Part shown: piece by piece, positions 10,401 to 19,849 of the stretch
Layout: every line of letters starts with the position of its first letter
Position numbering within the stretch: position 1 is the stretch's first letter
Source of the DNA: an uncultured Acidobacteriota bacterium
GTDB taxonomy: Bacteria; Acidobacteriota; Thermoanaerobaculia; UBA5066; Gp7-AA6
Assembly: GCA_963804915.1 (NCBI GenBank)
Contig: CAWDSI010000014.1
Coordinates: forward strand, 70,975 to 134,974
Direction: 5' to 3'
DNA length: 64,000 nt
Position numbers and translations under genes: made by a program
Notes under the pieces: generated by a model
Databases searched by the model: none
Told to the model about the DNA's origin: nothing
Seen by the model: only the letters and a program-made list of their open reading frames with translations

Positions 10401-11441
10401 GGCCGAGAGCCCCTCGTAGAACCGGACCGAGCCGGCGAGGCTTCCGCAGGGAACCCAGGCCGCTCGCCGCCATTCCGACGGGGAGTCGGGAGCCGGAAGG
10501 GCTCCCGGAACGACGATCACCTCGAGATGGCCGTCGCGAGCGAGAGCGAGAGAATGTCTCGCGGCCTCGAACGCGCGGCGCGAAACCGGGTCCCATGTCT
10601 CGGGCTCCACGGCGATCCAGCTGGGCGCTCGCCTCGAAGTCATCGTCGCGAGGGACTTCAGGCGGTGGGCCGCGTCCGCCGGACCATCGGCCGGAGGGAG
10701 GAGGCGCAACGCGCCTCCGGGGGTCAGCGGCGAGCTTCCCGCTTCGAAGAGGCGCGGCGCCCGGCCGCGCAGGATCGCCCGCGCCTTCTCGGCGAGCGCC
10801 CGCGCCCGAGGGCTGCGCAGGGCTTCGGACGCGAAACCCAGGCAGCGCTCGCGCGCGTTCGCGGCCTGCGCCGCCGCGAGCTCCGGAAAGGCGCGGAGGA
10901 CCGACGCGACCCAGTGCTCGGGTCGCTTCCACGTCGCTTCGGAAGCCTCGAGGGCCGCGGCGAGGGTTCGGGCGCCTTCCGGAGAAAGTCGGCCGCTCTC
11001 CCCCGCGAACAGACGCCGGACCACGGCACGGAGCGCCTCCGGCGACGGCGTGTCCGCGGCGGCCGGTGCGCGGACGGACGCCGGCGTGCGTGTCAGCCAG
11101 AATCGGGCCGCGCCGCCATCACCGTCCCAGACGGCGTGCTCGAAGTCCTCGGGCGACAGCGGGAATCCGCGCGCGCCGAAGAAGGCCGCGGCCGCCGCGG
11201 CCTGCAGGAGCAGCGCCGCTCGCGCGGGCCGTGGAATTCGAGCGGCCGAAAGCGGGCGACCGCCGCCCGGCAGCGGTGCGCGCCGCACGAGGAGCTCGTC
11301 TCCGACGGGATCCTCGGAAAGAGCGAAGTCCTCTACGGGAAGGAGGGTCTCGTGCTCGAGGGCCGCGAATTCGAGCCATCTCTCGCGGCAGAGAGCGATG
11401 CGGAATCTCTCGGGGGCGTCGTCGGCACGCGGCGTCGGCAC
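7437..11441 (-). pseudogene. sigma-54-dependent transcriptional activator (about 1330 aa) with a very long N-terminal sensory/TPR-like region, interrupted by 3 frame shifts
   Basis: The C-terminus (7437-8297) has the AAA+ EBP core (ILGESGSGKE, GAFTGA, DEIGDL) and a Fis-type HTH (GNRSRAARELGLSRQAL). Coherent protein sequence continues upstream by hopping frames at about 8338-8345, about 8725-8750 and about 9375-9392. Each hop behaves as a +1 insertion, and the net length is divisible by 3. The first 640 aa (frame of 8448..11441) read as genuine protein. Confidence 0.7.
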
Positions 11442-11503
11442 GAAATCATGTCGCCTTCTGCTTTCTTATTGTCGCGAACGTGTCTCCGTTCGTCAGCTCG
11501 CGC

Positions 11504-12791
11504 TCAACGTACACAGAGCCGCTCGAGGTCCCGAAAGAAAGACGGGTACGACTTCGAAACGCACGCGGGATTCTCGACGAGGAGCGACGGGAGTCGCAGC
11601 GAGAGGATCGCGGCCGCCATGGCCATGCGGTGATCCCGATGCGTCGGCAGCCGCGACCGACGCCTGGCACTCGGTCGCGGCCGGTCCTTCGACCACGAGC
11701 GCGTCGCCGTCCGCGCACGCGTCTCGCTCCCGCCGAGCGTCAGGATCTCGACCAGCGCGCCGATGCGATCGCTCTCCTTCAGCCGCAGGTGGCCGACGCC
11801 GTCGAAGCGGCTCCGGCCTTCGGCGAGCGCCGCGACGGCGGCGAGCGCGGGCACGGCGTCGGGAAATTCGGTCGCGCGGACGGAGACCGGCCTCGGGGCT
11901 CGTCCCGGAGCCGACGCTTCGATGCCGTCCTTCGATCCGGCGAGGGCGAGGCCCATCGATTCGAGCACCGGCAGGGCGCGGGCGTCCGCGTCGGCCGACG
12001 GCCACCGCAGGCCGGTGAGGCGTATCCGGCCGCCGACCGCGGTGACCGCCGCGAGCAGCGGGACGGCGGACGAGTAGTCTCCCGGAACGTCGTATCTCGA
12101 TGCGAGTGCTCGACCCGCGGCGGACACGGATCGCACCGCCGTCCTCGGACACATCGTGCCCCAGGTCGCGCAGCGTCTGGACCGTCATGCCCACGTACGG
12201 CGCCGAAGCCACCGCGCCGGAGGCCTGCACGGTGAGGCCGCCGTCGACCGCGAGCGCCGCGAGGAGGAGCGCCGAGAAGAACTGGCTCGAGCGTGAGGCG
12301 TCGACGGTGATCGTTCCGGAGGTGAGCGATCCGCCTTCGATCGAGAGCGGGAGACATCCTTCCTGACCGGCGTACTCCATCCGCGCTCCGGCGCTGCGGA
12401 GCGCATCGACGAGCTCGCCGATCGGACGCTCGCGCAGCCGGGCGGATCCGGTGAGCGCGAAGCGCCCCGGAACGGCGGCGGCGGCGGCGGCGAGGAAGCG
12501 GGCCGCGGTCCCGGAATCGCCCGCGTCGAGAGCCGCCGGACCTCCGGCCGGGCCGGAAAGCGGACCGCGGACCGCCAGGCCTCCGCGGACCTCCGTGATC
12601 TTCGCTCCCATCGCCGCGAGGCAGCGCCGCAGTGCCGCCGTGTCGTCGCTGTCGAGAGGTCCCGCGATCTCGAGAGCCTCCGAGCTCAGCGCTCCGGCCA
12701 GGAGCGCGCGATTCGTGGCGCTTTTCGAAGCGGGGACGCGCAGCTCCCCCGCCATCTCCCGCGCCGGCGGAATCGCGAGGTAGTCCGTCAT
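11504..12791 (-). pseudogene. aroA: 3-phosphoshikimate 1-carboxyvinyltransferase (EPSP synthase), 3 frame disruptions
   Basis: N-terminus: LRVPASKSATNRALLAGAL, SGTAARFL. After a shift at about 12115: RYDVPGDYSSAVPLLAAV, LRLKESDRIGAL. A compensating pair of shifts follows (deletion at about 11730, insertion at about 11655), with DGDALVVEGP readable only in the other frame. The C-terminus is DHRMAMAAA..VSKSYPSFF. Confidence 0.8.
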
Positions 12792-12810
12792 GCCGCGGCG
12801 AATGCCAGAG

Positions 12811-13515
12811 CTAGAGAGAGACGAGCGACGTGGAGCCGTCGTCCGCGATCTCCATCCAGCGCCGCTCTTCGACGAAGGCCGGCAGGATCTCGACGCGACC
12901 GCCGTCGACGCGCTCGCTCCAGGACTTGTGGAAGTGCCCGAGAAGCAGGACGTCGATCCCCGAGCGGAACCGGCGCGCCGCGAAGTCGCGAATCATTTCC
13001 ACCGGAAGCCGCGACTTGTGCTTGAAGTTGGAGCGATACAGGCGCGCCTCCACCTTCCAGACCAGACGGTTGCCGGCGTCTTTCGGGACGACGCCGATCG
13101 CGGCGCGGGAGAGCGGGTTCTTCGACAGGAAGCGCCAGAAGCGGTACGGGATGTCCTTCTCGTTCAGCAGGTCGCCATGCGTCGCGAGAAAGCGGACGCC
13201 GCCGGCCTCGAAGACCTCCTCGTCACAGACCCGGCCGAAGTCCTTCTCGACGTAGCTTCCGCGCAGAAAGAAGTCGCGGTTGCCCTCGACGTAGGTCACG
13301 GGGACGCCGCCGGCCGCCAGCCGCCGGACCGTCTCGAGGAAGCGGGCGATGGCGGGAGTCTCGAATTTCGGGTGAGCGATGAAGAAATGGAATATGTCGC
13401 CGAGCAGCGTGATGCGGCTCACTCCTCGCCGGCGGGCGGCTTCGAGGGCCTCGAGAAACGGCCCTTCGTCGCCCGGGCGGCGGCCGACGTGACAATCCGC
13501 GAACACGGCGCGCAT
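12811..13515 (-). CDS. lpxH: UDP-2,3-diacylglucosamine hydrolase-like metallophosphoesterase
   Basis: MRAVFADCHVG..., LLGDIFHFF, VEGNRDFF, ATHGD and LGHFH are calcineurin-like/LpxH motifs. Start trimmed to the ATG at 13515. The symbol is tentative. Confidence 0.7.
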   Translation of the reverse strand: MRAVFADCHVGRRPGDEGPFLEALEAARRRGVSRITLLGDIFHFFIAHPKFETPAIARFLETVRRLAAGGVPVTYVEGNRDFFLRGSYVEKDFGRVCDEEVFEAGGVRFLATHGDLLNEKDIPYRFWRFLSKNPLSRAAIGVVPKDAGNRLVWKVEARLYRSNFKHKSRLPVEMIRDFAARRFRSGIDVLLLGHFHKSWSERVDGGRVEILPAFVEERRWMEIADDGSTSLVSL

Positions 13516-13540
13516 CGTCCTTAAGATACCGCGTGGCGAA

Positions 13541-16500
13541 ATGACGCCCGCGACCGCTGCGGAATGCCTTAAGCTCAGTCGGTTCCCATCGCGAGGCGAA
13601 CGAAGAACCTTGAACACCCGGCTCATCGCGGCCGCGCTCCTCTGGACGGCGGTGCTCCCGGCGCGCGCGGTCTCGCGGATCGTCGAGCCCGCGAGTGTTC
13701 CGCGCGCCGACGCTTCCGTCCTCGCCGCGCTCCGGCGGGGCGACGCGACGCTCGACGTTCTCGTCGGGATTCGGGAGGCCGCGGCTCTGCGGGAGCGCCT
13801 TCCGCGGCGCGACGCGGAGAGCCGCCTCGAGGCCCAGCGGCGGATCCTCGCCGCGATGCGCCCCGGAACCGTGCGTCTGCGCCGCCAGTACACCGGCTTC
13901 TCCGCCTTCGCGGCGCGCGCGACGCGGACGTCCGTCCTCGCGCTCGCGAACCGTTCCGACGTCGCCTGGATCACGCTCGACGCGGTCCGCTACGCCTCCG
14001 ATACGGAGCCTCAGGCCGCCCAGCGGCTCATCCGATCGAGCGACGCCAACGCCCGCGGATTGGACGGATCGGGTCAGACGATCGCCATTCTCGATACCGG
14101 GGTCGACTACAACGCTCCGGGCCTCGGCGGCGCCGCGTTTCCGAACGCGAAGGTGGTCGGCGGCGCCGACCTCGGCGACGACGACGCGGACCCCATGGAC
14201 TGCGAGGGCCACGGCACGTCCGTGGCGTCGGTCGCGGCCGGCCCCGCCGGGGTCGCGCCCGCGGCCCGGCTCGTCGCGCTGAAGATCTCCCCGACCACGA
14301 GCTGCGGAACGGCCCAGGACTCCGACATCCTGGCCGCGATGGACTGGGTGCTCGCCCACCGCGACGAGTTCGACATCGGCACCGTCAATCTCTCCTTCGG
14401 CTCGACGCCCTTCGACGGACGGGACCACGGCTACTGCGACGCGGAGATTCCGCAGTACGCGGCGGCGGTCGAGGCCCTGAACGCCGCCGGTGTCGTGCTG
14501 ACGGCGGCCGCCGGCAATGAAGGCGTGACGAACGCCATCTCGGCGCCGGCCTGCCTGTCCGGCGCGTTGGGGGTCGGCGCGGTCTATCCCGATTTCTTCA
14601 CGTCGGTCTCCTGGGGCGCCGGGGCAAACGAGTTCTGCGGGGATCACTCGGTCGGGCCCGATTCGATCGTGTGCTTCTCCAACTCGGCTTCGAGCCTCGC
14701 CCTCCTCGCGCCCGGAGCCTTCTGGAACGTCGAGACGCTCGGCGGCGCCGCCGAAGAGTTCCACGGAACCTCGGTCGCGGCGCCTGCCGTCGCCGGCGCC
14801 GCGGCGCTCCTGCGTCAGGCGCGGCCCGGCCTGTCTCCTTCGGCGGTCGCGAGCCTCCTGCGTGCGACGGGCCGGCCCGTCTCCGACGACCGCAACGGCG
14901 TTCTCGCGCCGCGCGTCGACGTGCTCGCGGCGATCGACCTTCCCGACGAGGCCTTCGGCGCGTTCGACGGGACGCCCGTGGCGTTGCCGGACGGCACGTC
15001 CGCGGCCGTGACGGCGACGGCGACGATCTCGGGCTTCTCCGGCAACCTCGCGAGCGTCGCGGCGGTGGTCGAGATCGAGCACGACGACCCCCGGCAGATC
15101 GTTGCGACGCTCATCGGCCCGGACGGCACCCGCGTGCGCCTCCACGATCGGACCGGATCTCCCGGACGGCCCATCAACGCCATCTACGGACGCACGCTCG
15201 GCGCCGCCCAGTCGCTCAAGGCCTTCGAGGCGAAGCTCGCGAACGGGACCTGGACGCTCGAAGTGACCGACGAGGTCCCCGGTGTGGAGGGGCACATCCG
15301 GAATTTCGCCGTCCGGCTGACGGCGGGTCAGCCCGCCGTGGCGATCCCGCGTAACGCCGCGGCTCGAGTCCTTCCCGTCGTCGGGCGGGTCCAGGGTACG
15401 AAGTTCTTTCTGTCCGACGCGCGGGTGTTCAACCCCGGCGAGGCGCCCAACACCCTGTCGCTCTTCTACGTGCCGCAGGGCGCGAGCGGTGCGCAGGCGG
15501 TCCGGGCGACGCGCACGGTCGGTCCCGGGGAGGTCCTCGCTCTCGACGACGTGATCGGCTCCGAGTTCGGATACGACCAGTCGATCGGCCAGATCACGGT
15601 GACCGGCTCCGACCCGGGCTTCCTCGCGACGAGCCGCGCGTATACCCGCGGCGGCAACGGCACGTTCGGCGTCTTCGTTCCGTCCTTCGCGATCTCCGGG
15701 GCGATCGGGCCCGGTGAGACGGCGACGGCAAACGGCCTCTTCAAGGGCCAGGTCCGGCACACGAACGCGGGCTTCACGGAGGTCTCGGGCTCCCCCGCGA
15801 CCGTCCGCATGGACCTCTACGGCTTTGACGGCCTCCTCCTCGCCTCGGCCACGCGCGCGGCGCCGCCCAACGGCAGCGTCCTCGTGACCGACATCGTCAC
15901 GGACCGCGGCCTCGGCGCCACGCCCAACTTCCGCATCGACTACACCGTCGTGAGCGCGGGCGGCCGCGTCGTGCCTTACGCGACCGTCGTCGACGACACG
16001 ACCGGCGACGGGTTGTTCGCGGCGGCGGAGCGCGTGCCTCTCTCGTCCGACGACATCGTGATCGCCCAGGCCTCGCATGCCACCGGCGCGAACTCGGACT
16101 TTTTCCGTACGGACCTGTACGTCACGAACGTCTCGGGCTCGCCGGCGACGTTCACGATGACGCTTCTGCCCCGAGTGGTCCACGGGACTCCGCCGGACCC
16201 CGCGACCGTCACTCTCGCCGCGGGGCAGACTCTCGAAGCGACCGATGTCCTGCCGACGTACTTCGGGATCGGGGATCCGTCCGCGGCCGGTGTGCGGATC
16301 CACCCGGCGGGCCCGGCGCGCCTCCGGGTCTCGAGCCGCACGTACGTCGAGAAGTTCGGCGGAACGTTCGGCTTCTCGATACCCGGGGTCCCGGTCTCCC
16401 GCGCCATCGGGGCGGGAGACGGCTTCGCCACGATTCTCCAGCTCGACCAGAGCTCCGCGGCCCACGGATTCCGCTCCAACGTCGGCTTCGCCGAGGTCAC

Positions 16501-16759
16501 GGGCGCGGATGCGCTCGTCCTCATCGAAGTGCTGGGCAGCGACGGACCGACTCCGATCCACGCGCGATTCACACGCCCCGTCGCCGGAGGGCAGTCGGTC
16601 CAGTTCCCCCTCAGCGACTTTCTGACGTCGGCCGGCGGTCGAAACCTCTACGTTCGCGTGAGCGTCGAGAGCGGCGCCGGCCGGATCCTCGCCTACGGCG
16701 TTTCGATCGACAACATCTCGGGAGACGCGATCTACATCCCCGCCGAAACCATAGAATAA
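13541..16759 (+). CDS. secreted subtilisin-family (S8) serine protease with proprotein-convertase P-domain and two about 200-aa C-terminal modules of unknown function
   Basis: Catalytic triad motifs ILDTGVD, HGTSVASV, GTSVAAPAVAG. P-domain pattern VEIEHDDPRQIVATLIGPDGTRV...GTWTLEVTD..G.IRNFAVRL. An alternative TTG start at 13610 would give a classical signal peptide, MNTRLIAAALLWTAVLPARA/VS. Confidence 0.9.
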   Translation: MTPATAAECLKLSRFPSRGERRTLNTRLIAAALLWTAVLPARAVSRIVEPASVPRADASVLAALRRGDATLDVLVGIREAAALRERLPRRDAESRLEAQRRILAAMRPGTVRLRRQYTGFSAFAARATRTSVLALANRSDVAWITLDAVRYASDTEPQAAQRLIRSSDANARGLDGSGQTIAILDTGVDYNAPGLGGAAFPNAKVVGGADLGDDDADPMDCEGHGTSVASVAAGPAGVAPAARLVALKISPTTSCGTAQDSDILAAMDWVLAHRDEFDIGTVNLSFGSTPFDGRDHGYCDAEIPQYAAAVEALNAAGVVLTAAAGNEGVTNAISAPACLSGALGVGAVYPDFFTSVSWGAGANEFCGDHSVGPDSIVCFSNSASSLALLAPGAFWNVETLGGAAEEFHGTSVAAPAVAGAAALLRQARPGLSPSAVASLLRATGRPVSDDRNGVLAPRVDVLAAIDLPDEAFGAFDGTPVALPDGTSAAVTATATISGFSGNLASVAAVVEIEHDDPRQIVATLIGPDGTRVRLHDRTGSPGRPINAIYGRTLGAAQSLKAFEAKLANGTWTLEVTDEVPGVEGHIRNFAVRLTAGQPAVAIPRNAAARVLPVVGRVQGTKFFLSDARVFNPGEAPNTLSLFYVPQGASGAQAVRATRTVGPGEVLALDDVIGSEFGYDQSIGQITVTGSDPGFLATSRAYTRGGNGTFGVFVPSFAISGAIGPGETATANGLFKGQVRHTNAGFTEVSGSPATVRMDLYGFDGLLLASATRAAPPNGSVLVTDIVTDRGLGATPNFRIDYTVVSAGGRVVPYATVVDDTTGDGLFAAAERVPLSSDDIVIAQASHATGANSDFFRTDLYVTNVSGSPATFTMTLLPRVVHGTPPDPATVTLAAGQTLEATDVLPTYFGIGDPSAAGVRIHPAGPARLRVSSRTYVEKFGGTFGFSIPGVPVSRAIGAGDGFATILQLDQSSAAHGFRSNVGFAEVTGADALVLIEVLGSDGPTPIHARFTRPVAGGQSVQFPLSDFLTSAGGRNLYVRVSVESGAGRILAYGVSIDNISGDAIYIPAETIE

Positions 16760-16764
16760 GAGGG

Positions 16765-19527
16765 ATGTCGCCGGATCCTTCGCGCCCCGCGGGCGTCCTG
16801 AAACCCTGGCAACGCCGCCTCTACGGGCTCCTCCTCATCCCTCTCGGACTGATCGCGGCGAACTCCATCTTCATCGCGGCCTTCACCCGCGACACGGCGT
16901 TCTTCTACGCGATGCTGCTCCTGCATCTGACGCTGGGCGTGCTCATCGCCATTCCCTTCTTCGTCTTCGCCGTGACCCACGCCAAACGAATGATCCGGAT
17001 GTGGAACAAGCGCGCGAAGTACGCGGGCCTCGCCATCTTCACGCTGGCGATCGTCTGCGTCTCGACCGGCGTGTTCATGATCTTCCGCGGCGCGACGCTC
17101 GCCAATCGCGCGATCTGGCTCGCCCACGTCGCGTCGGTTCCGCTGGCCCTCGTGGCTTTCATCCTCCACCGCCGGGCCCACACGCACCGGCTGCAGTTCC
17201 GCCGGCTTTACGCCTGGGGCGGCGCCGTGGCTCTCTTCCTGGCGGCGATGGCGGTCCTCGCCCGGCTCGAGAAACCGCCCAAACGCATCGTGAACGTCAA
17301 CGGCGACACGGTCTTCTATCCCTCGGCCTCGGAGACGTTCGACCAGGGCCTGCTGGACGGGAAGAAGCTCGCGGCCAACGAGTACTGCAAGAGTTGCCAC
17401 CCCGACTCGTTCCATCAGTGGGAACGCTCCGCGCACCGCTTTTCCTCGTTCAACAACCCGTTCTATCGAAAGAGCGTCGAGCTCATGGCGGATCAGGTCG
17501 GCCGCGAGAGGACGAAGTGGTGCTCGGGATGCCACGATCCCGTCGTTCTCTTCACGGGGCAGATGGGCGCGGCGACTCAGGCCGCGTTCTCCTACGACTC
17601 CTGGGAGGCGCAACAGGGGTTGACCTGCATGTCCTGCCACTCGATCGCCGAGGTCAAGGACACGGGCGGCAACGGAGCCTACGTGATCGAGGAGTCGAAG
17701 CAGTATCCGTTCGCCTTCACGGACAACGCGGCGCTGGCCGCGGTCAACCGGCTGCTCATCCGCATGGAGCCCTCGCTTCACCGCAAGACGTTCATGAAAC
17801 CCTTCATGCGGACGCCCGAGTTCTGCTCCACGTGCCACAAGGTCGCCCTGATTCCGGCCCTGAACGGCTACCGCTGGCTCCGCGGCCAGAATCACTACGA
17901 CACCTGGTACGACTCGGGCGTCTCGGGGCGCGCGGTCCGGTCGTTCTACGATCCGCCCAAGGCCAAGGCCTGCCGCGACTGCCACCTGCCGGATTTCCCG
18001 TCGGCCGAGTTCGGCAACAAGAACGGCTACCTCCACGATCACCTCTTTCCGGCCGCGAACACCGCCCTGCCCTTCATCCGCCAGGACGCCGCGACGCAGA
18101 AGCGGACCGAAGACTTCCTGAAGGACAAGGTGCTGACGGTGGACCTGTTCGCCGTGCGGCGCGAGAACGGCGAGCTCGTCGTGCTCGGCGAGACGCCGCC
18201 CGGCCTCGTCGTCCGGCCCGGCGAGACCCTCGACGTCGAGGTGGTCGTGCGCACGCGCGGCATCGGGCATCCCTACACGAACGGCACCGCCGACTCGAAC
18301 GAGACCTGGGTCTCACTCGAGGCCGAGGCGGATGGACGCGGATTCTTCGCGAGCGGCGTTCTCGATGAGACCGGGCGCCTCGACGCGGGCGCCGACCGGC
18401 TATGGACGCTCGTGATCGACGAGAACGGCGGCCACATGGATCGCCGCCAGCCGCAGGACATCCGTGTGCCGCTCTACAACAACGCGATCGGCCCGGGCGC
18501 CGCCCGCGTCGTCCACTACCGGATGACCGTCCCGAAGGACGCGAAGGGATCGGTGACCCTGTCCGCCGGGACGCACTACCGCAAGTTCACGCGCGACTAC
18601 ACGACGTTCTCGCTGGGGGCGGCCCATCCGTCGCTGCCGGTGACGACGCTCGCCCGCGACGCGGTCACGCTCGCGGTCGGACGGCCTCCCGCAACCGGTC
18701 TCCCGACTTCGGCCCCGCGCGGCAACCCCGATCCCCTCTGGCTGCGCTGGAACGACTACGGCATCGGCCTCTTCCTGCAGGGCGACCTCAAGGGCGCGGC
18801 GGCCGCGTGGACGAAGGTCACGGAGCTCGCCCCCGACAAGCCGGACGGGCCCCTCAACCGCGCCCGCGCCGAGATCGCCGAGGGCCGGCTGCGCGACGCG
18901 AAGGAATCGCTGGCCGAGGCCGAGCGACGGCGGCCGGGCTGGGGCAAGACGGCGTTCTTCCGCGCCGTCGTATCCAAGGACGAGGGACGCCTCGCGGACG
19001 CCGAAACGGATCTCCTCGCGGTGCTCGACAAGTTCCCCCTCGACCGCGTCGCCTGGAACAACCTCGGCCTCGTCTACTGGCTGGACGGAAAGTTCCCCGA
19101 AGCGATCGCCGCCTACGGGAAGACCCTCGCGATCGATCCGGAGGACTTGAACGCGCATTACAACCTGATGCGCGTCTACCGGGCCACCGGCGACCGGAAG
19201 AACGCCGAGATCCACGATGCGGCCTACCGCAAGTTCAAGGAGGACGAGTCGATTCGCGCGGTCCCCGGGAAGTTCCGCCTCGACAACCCGTTCGCCAACC
19301 GGGAATCGCTGCCGATTCACGTCCACGCCGAGGCCGCGCCGCCTCCCGCGTCCGCCGCGGACTGGGTCGCCTCGATTGGACCGAAGGGCTACGAGACCGA
19401 CCACGGTTACCTCACGCGCGCGCATCCACCCGTGCCGAGCGAGCAGGATCAGTGGTCGTACGTGTCGGCGCATCGGAGCGGGCAACCCGTCGCGCCGTCC
19501 GCGCCGCGCGTTTCGTCGGCCCCCTGA
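16765..19527 (+). CDS. membrane-anchored pentaheme c-type cytochrome (Cytochrome_C554-like) with C-terminal TPR domain
   Basis: About five N-terminal hydrophobic helices. Five CxxCH motifs (CKSCH, CSGCH, CMSCH, CSTCH, CRDCH). C-terminal TPR repeats (AWNNLGLVYWLDGKFPEAIAAYGKTLAIDPEDLNAHYNL). Starts 6 nt after the S8 protease stop. Confidence 0.85.
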   Translation: MSPDPSRPAGVLKPWQRRLYGLLLIPLGLIAANSIFIAAFTRDTAFFYAMLLLHLTLGVLIAIPFFVFAVTHAKRMIRMWNKRAKYAGLAIFTLAIVCVSTGVFMIFRGATLANRAIWLAHVASVPLALVAFILHRRAHTHRLQFRRLYAWGGAVALFLAAMAVLARLEKPPKRIVNVNGDTVFYPSASETFDQGLLDGKKLAANEYCKSCHPDSFHQWERSAHRFSSFNNPFYRKSVELMADQVGRERTKWCSGCHDPVVLFTGQMGAATQAAFSYDSWEAQQGLTCMSCHSIAEVKDTGGNGAYVIEESKQYPFAFTDNAALAAVNRLLIRMEPSLHRKTFMKPFMRTPEFCSTCHKVALIPALNGYRWLRGQNHYDTWYDSGVSGRAVRSFYDPPKAKACRDCHLPDFPSAEFGNKNGYLHDHLFPAANTALPFIRQDAATQKRTEDFLKDKVLTVDLFAVRRENGELVVLGETPPGLVVRPGETLDVEVVVRTRGIGHPYTNGTADSNETWVSLEAEADGRGFFASGVLDETGRLDAGADRLWTLVIDENGGHMDRRQPQDIRVPLYNNAIGPGAARVVHYRMTVPKDAKGSVTLSAGTHYRKFTRDYTTFSLGAAHPSLPVTTLARDAVTLAVGRPPATGLPTSAPRGNPDPLWLRWNDYGIGLFLQGDLKGAAAAWTKVTELAPDKPDGPLNRARAEIAEGRLRDAKESLAEAERRRPGWGKTAFFRAVVSKDEGRLADAETDLLAVLDKFPLDRVAWNNLGLVYWLDGKFPEAIAAYGKTLAIDPEDLNAHYNLMRVYRATGDRKNAEIHDAAYRKFKEDESIRAVPGKFRLDNPFANRESLPIHVHAEAAPPPASAADWVASIGPKGYETDHGYLTRAHPPVPSEQDQWSYVSAHRSGQPVAPSAPRVSSAP

Positions 19528-19849
19528 CTTTTCGCGGCGACGCACAATCGTGCGCGTCGGCAAGAAATCGCGGTTGCACGCGATCATTACGATATAGATT
19601 GATGTCGACGGGGCGTCCAAGTCCGATGCCGTCGATCGCAGAGCCCGACCGCGGGCGTGATCGATGAGCGATTTGGGAGAAACCGACGATCGTCGAGTTC
19701 CTGGGTGAAACCGCAACGCGTCTTCCGGAGACGCCGGCACGAAGACGGCCCCCGACACGAGGGCCGCCCGATGGGAGACAACGGGCGAAAACTTCGGGCG
19801 GCGCCCGGGACCAATCCCTCCGCCTGATCCCAAACAAGGAGAACCAACG

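Noticed and set aside
11665-11682. TGGCAC (sigma-54 -24 element) next to the sigma-54 activator locus
   Set aside because: The -12 position reads CGCGG rather than TTGC, and the site is inside the aroA coding sequence on the non-template orientation.
13223-16561. 1112-aa minus-strand ORF opposite the S8 protease gene
   Set aside because: It is an Arg/Gly/Asp-rich antisense shadow with no motifs. The plus-strand frame carries the complete S8 triad and P-domain.
19603-19668. 21-codon ORF (MSTGRPSPMPSIAEPDRGRDR) in the leader of the Arg-rich gene
   Set aside because: It has no SD and ordinary composition, so it cannot be distinguished from chance. I mention it only as a possible uORF.
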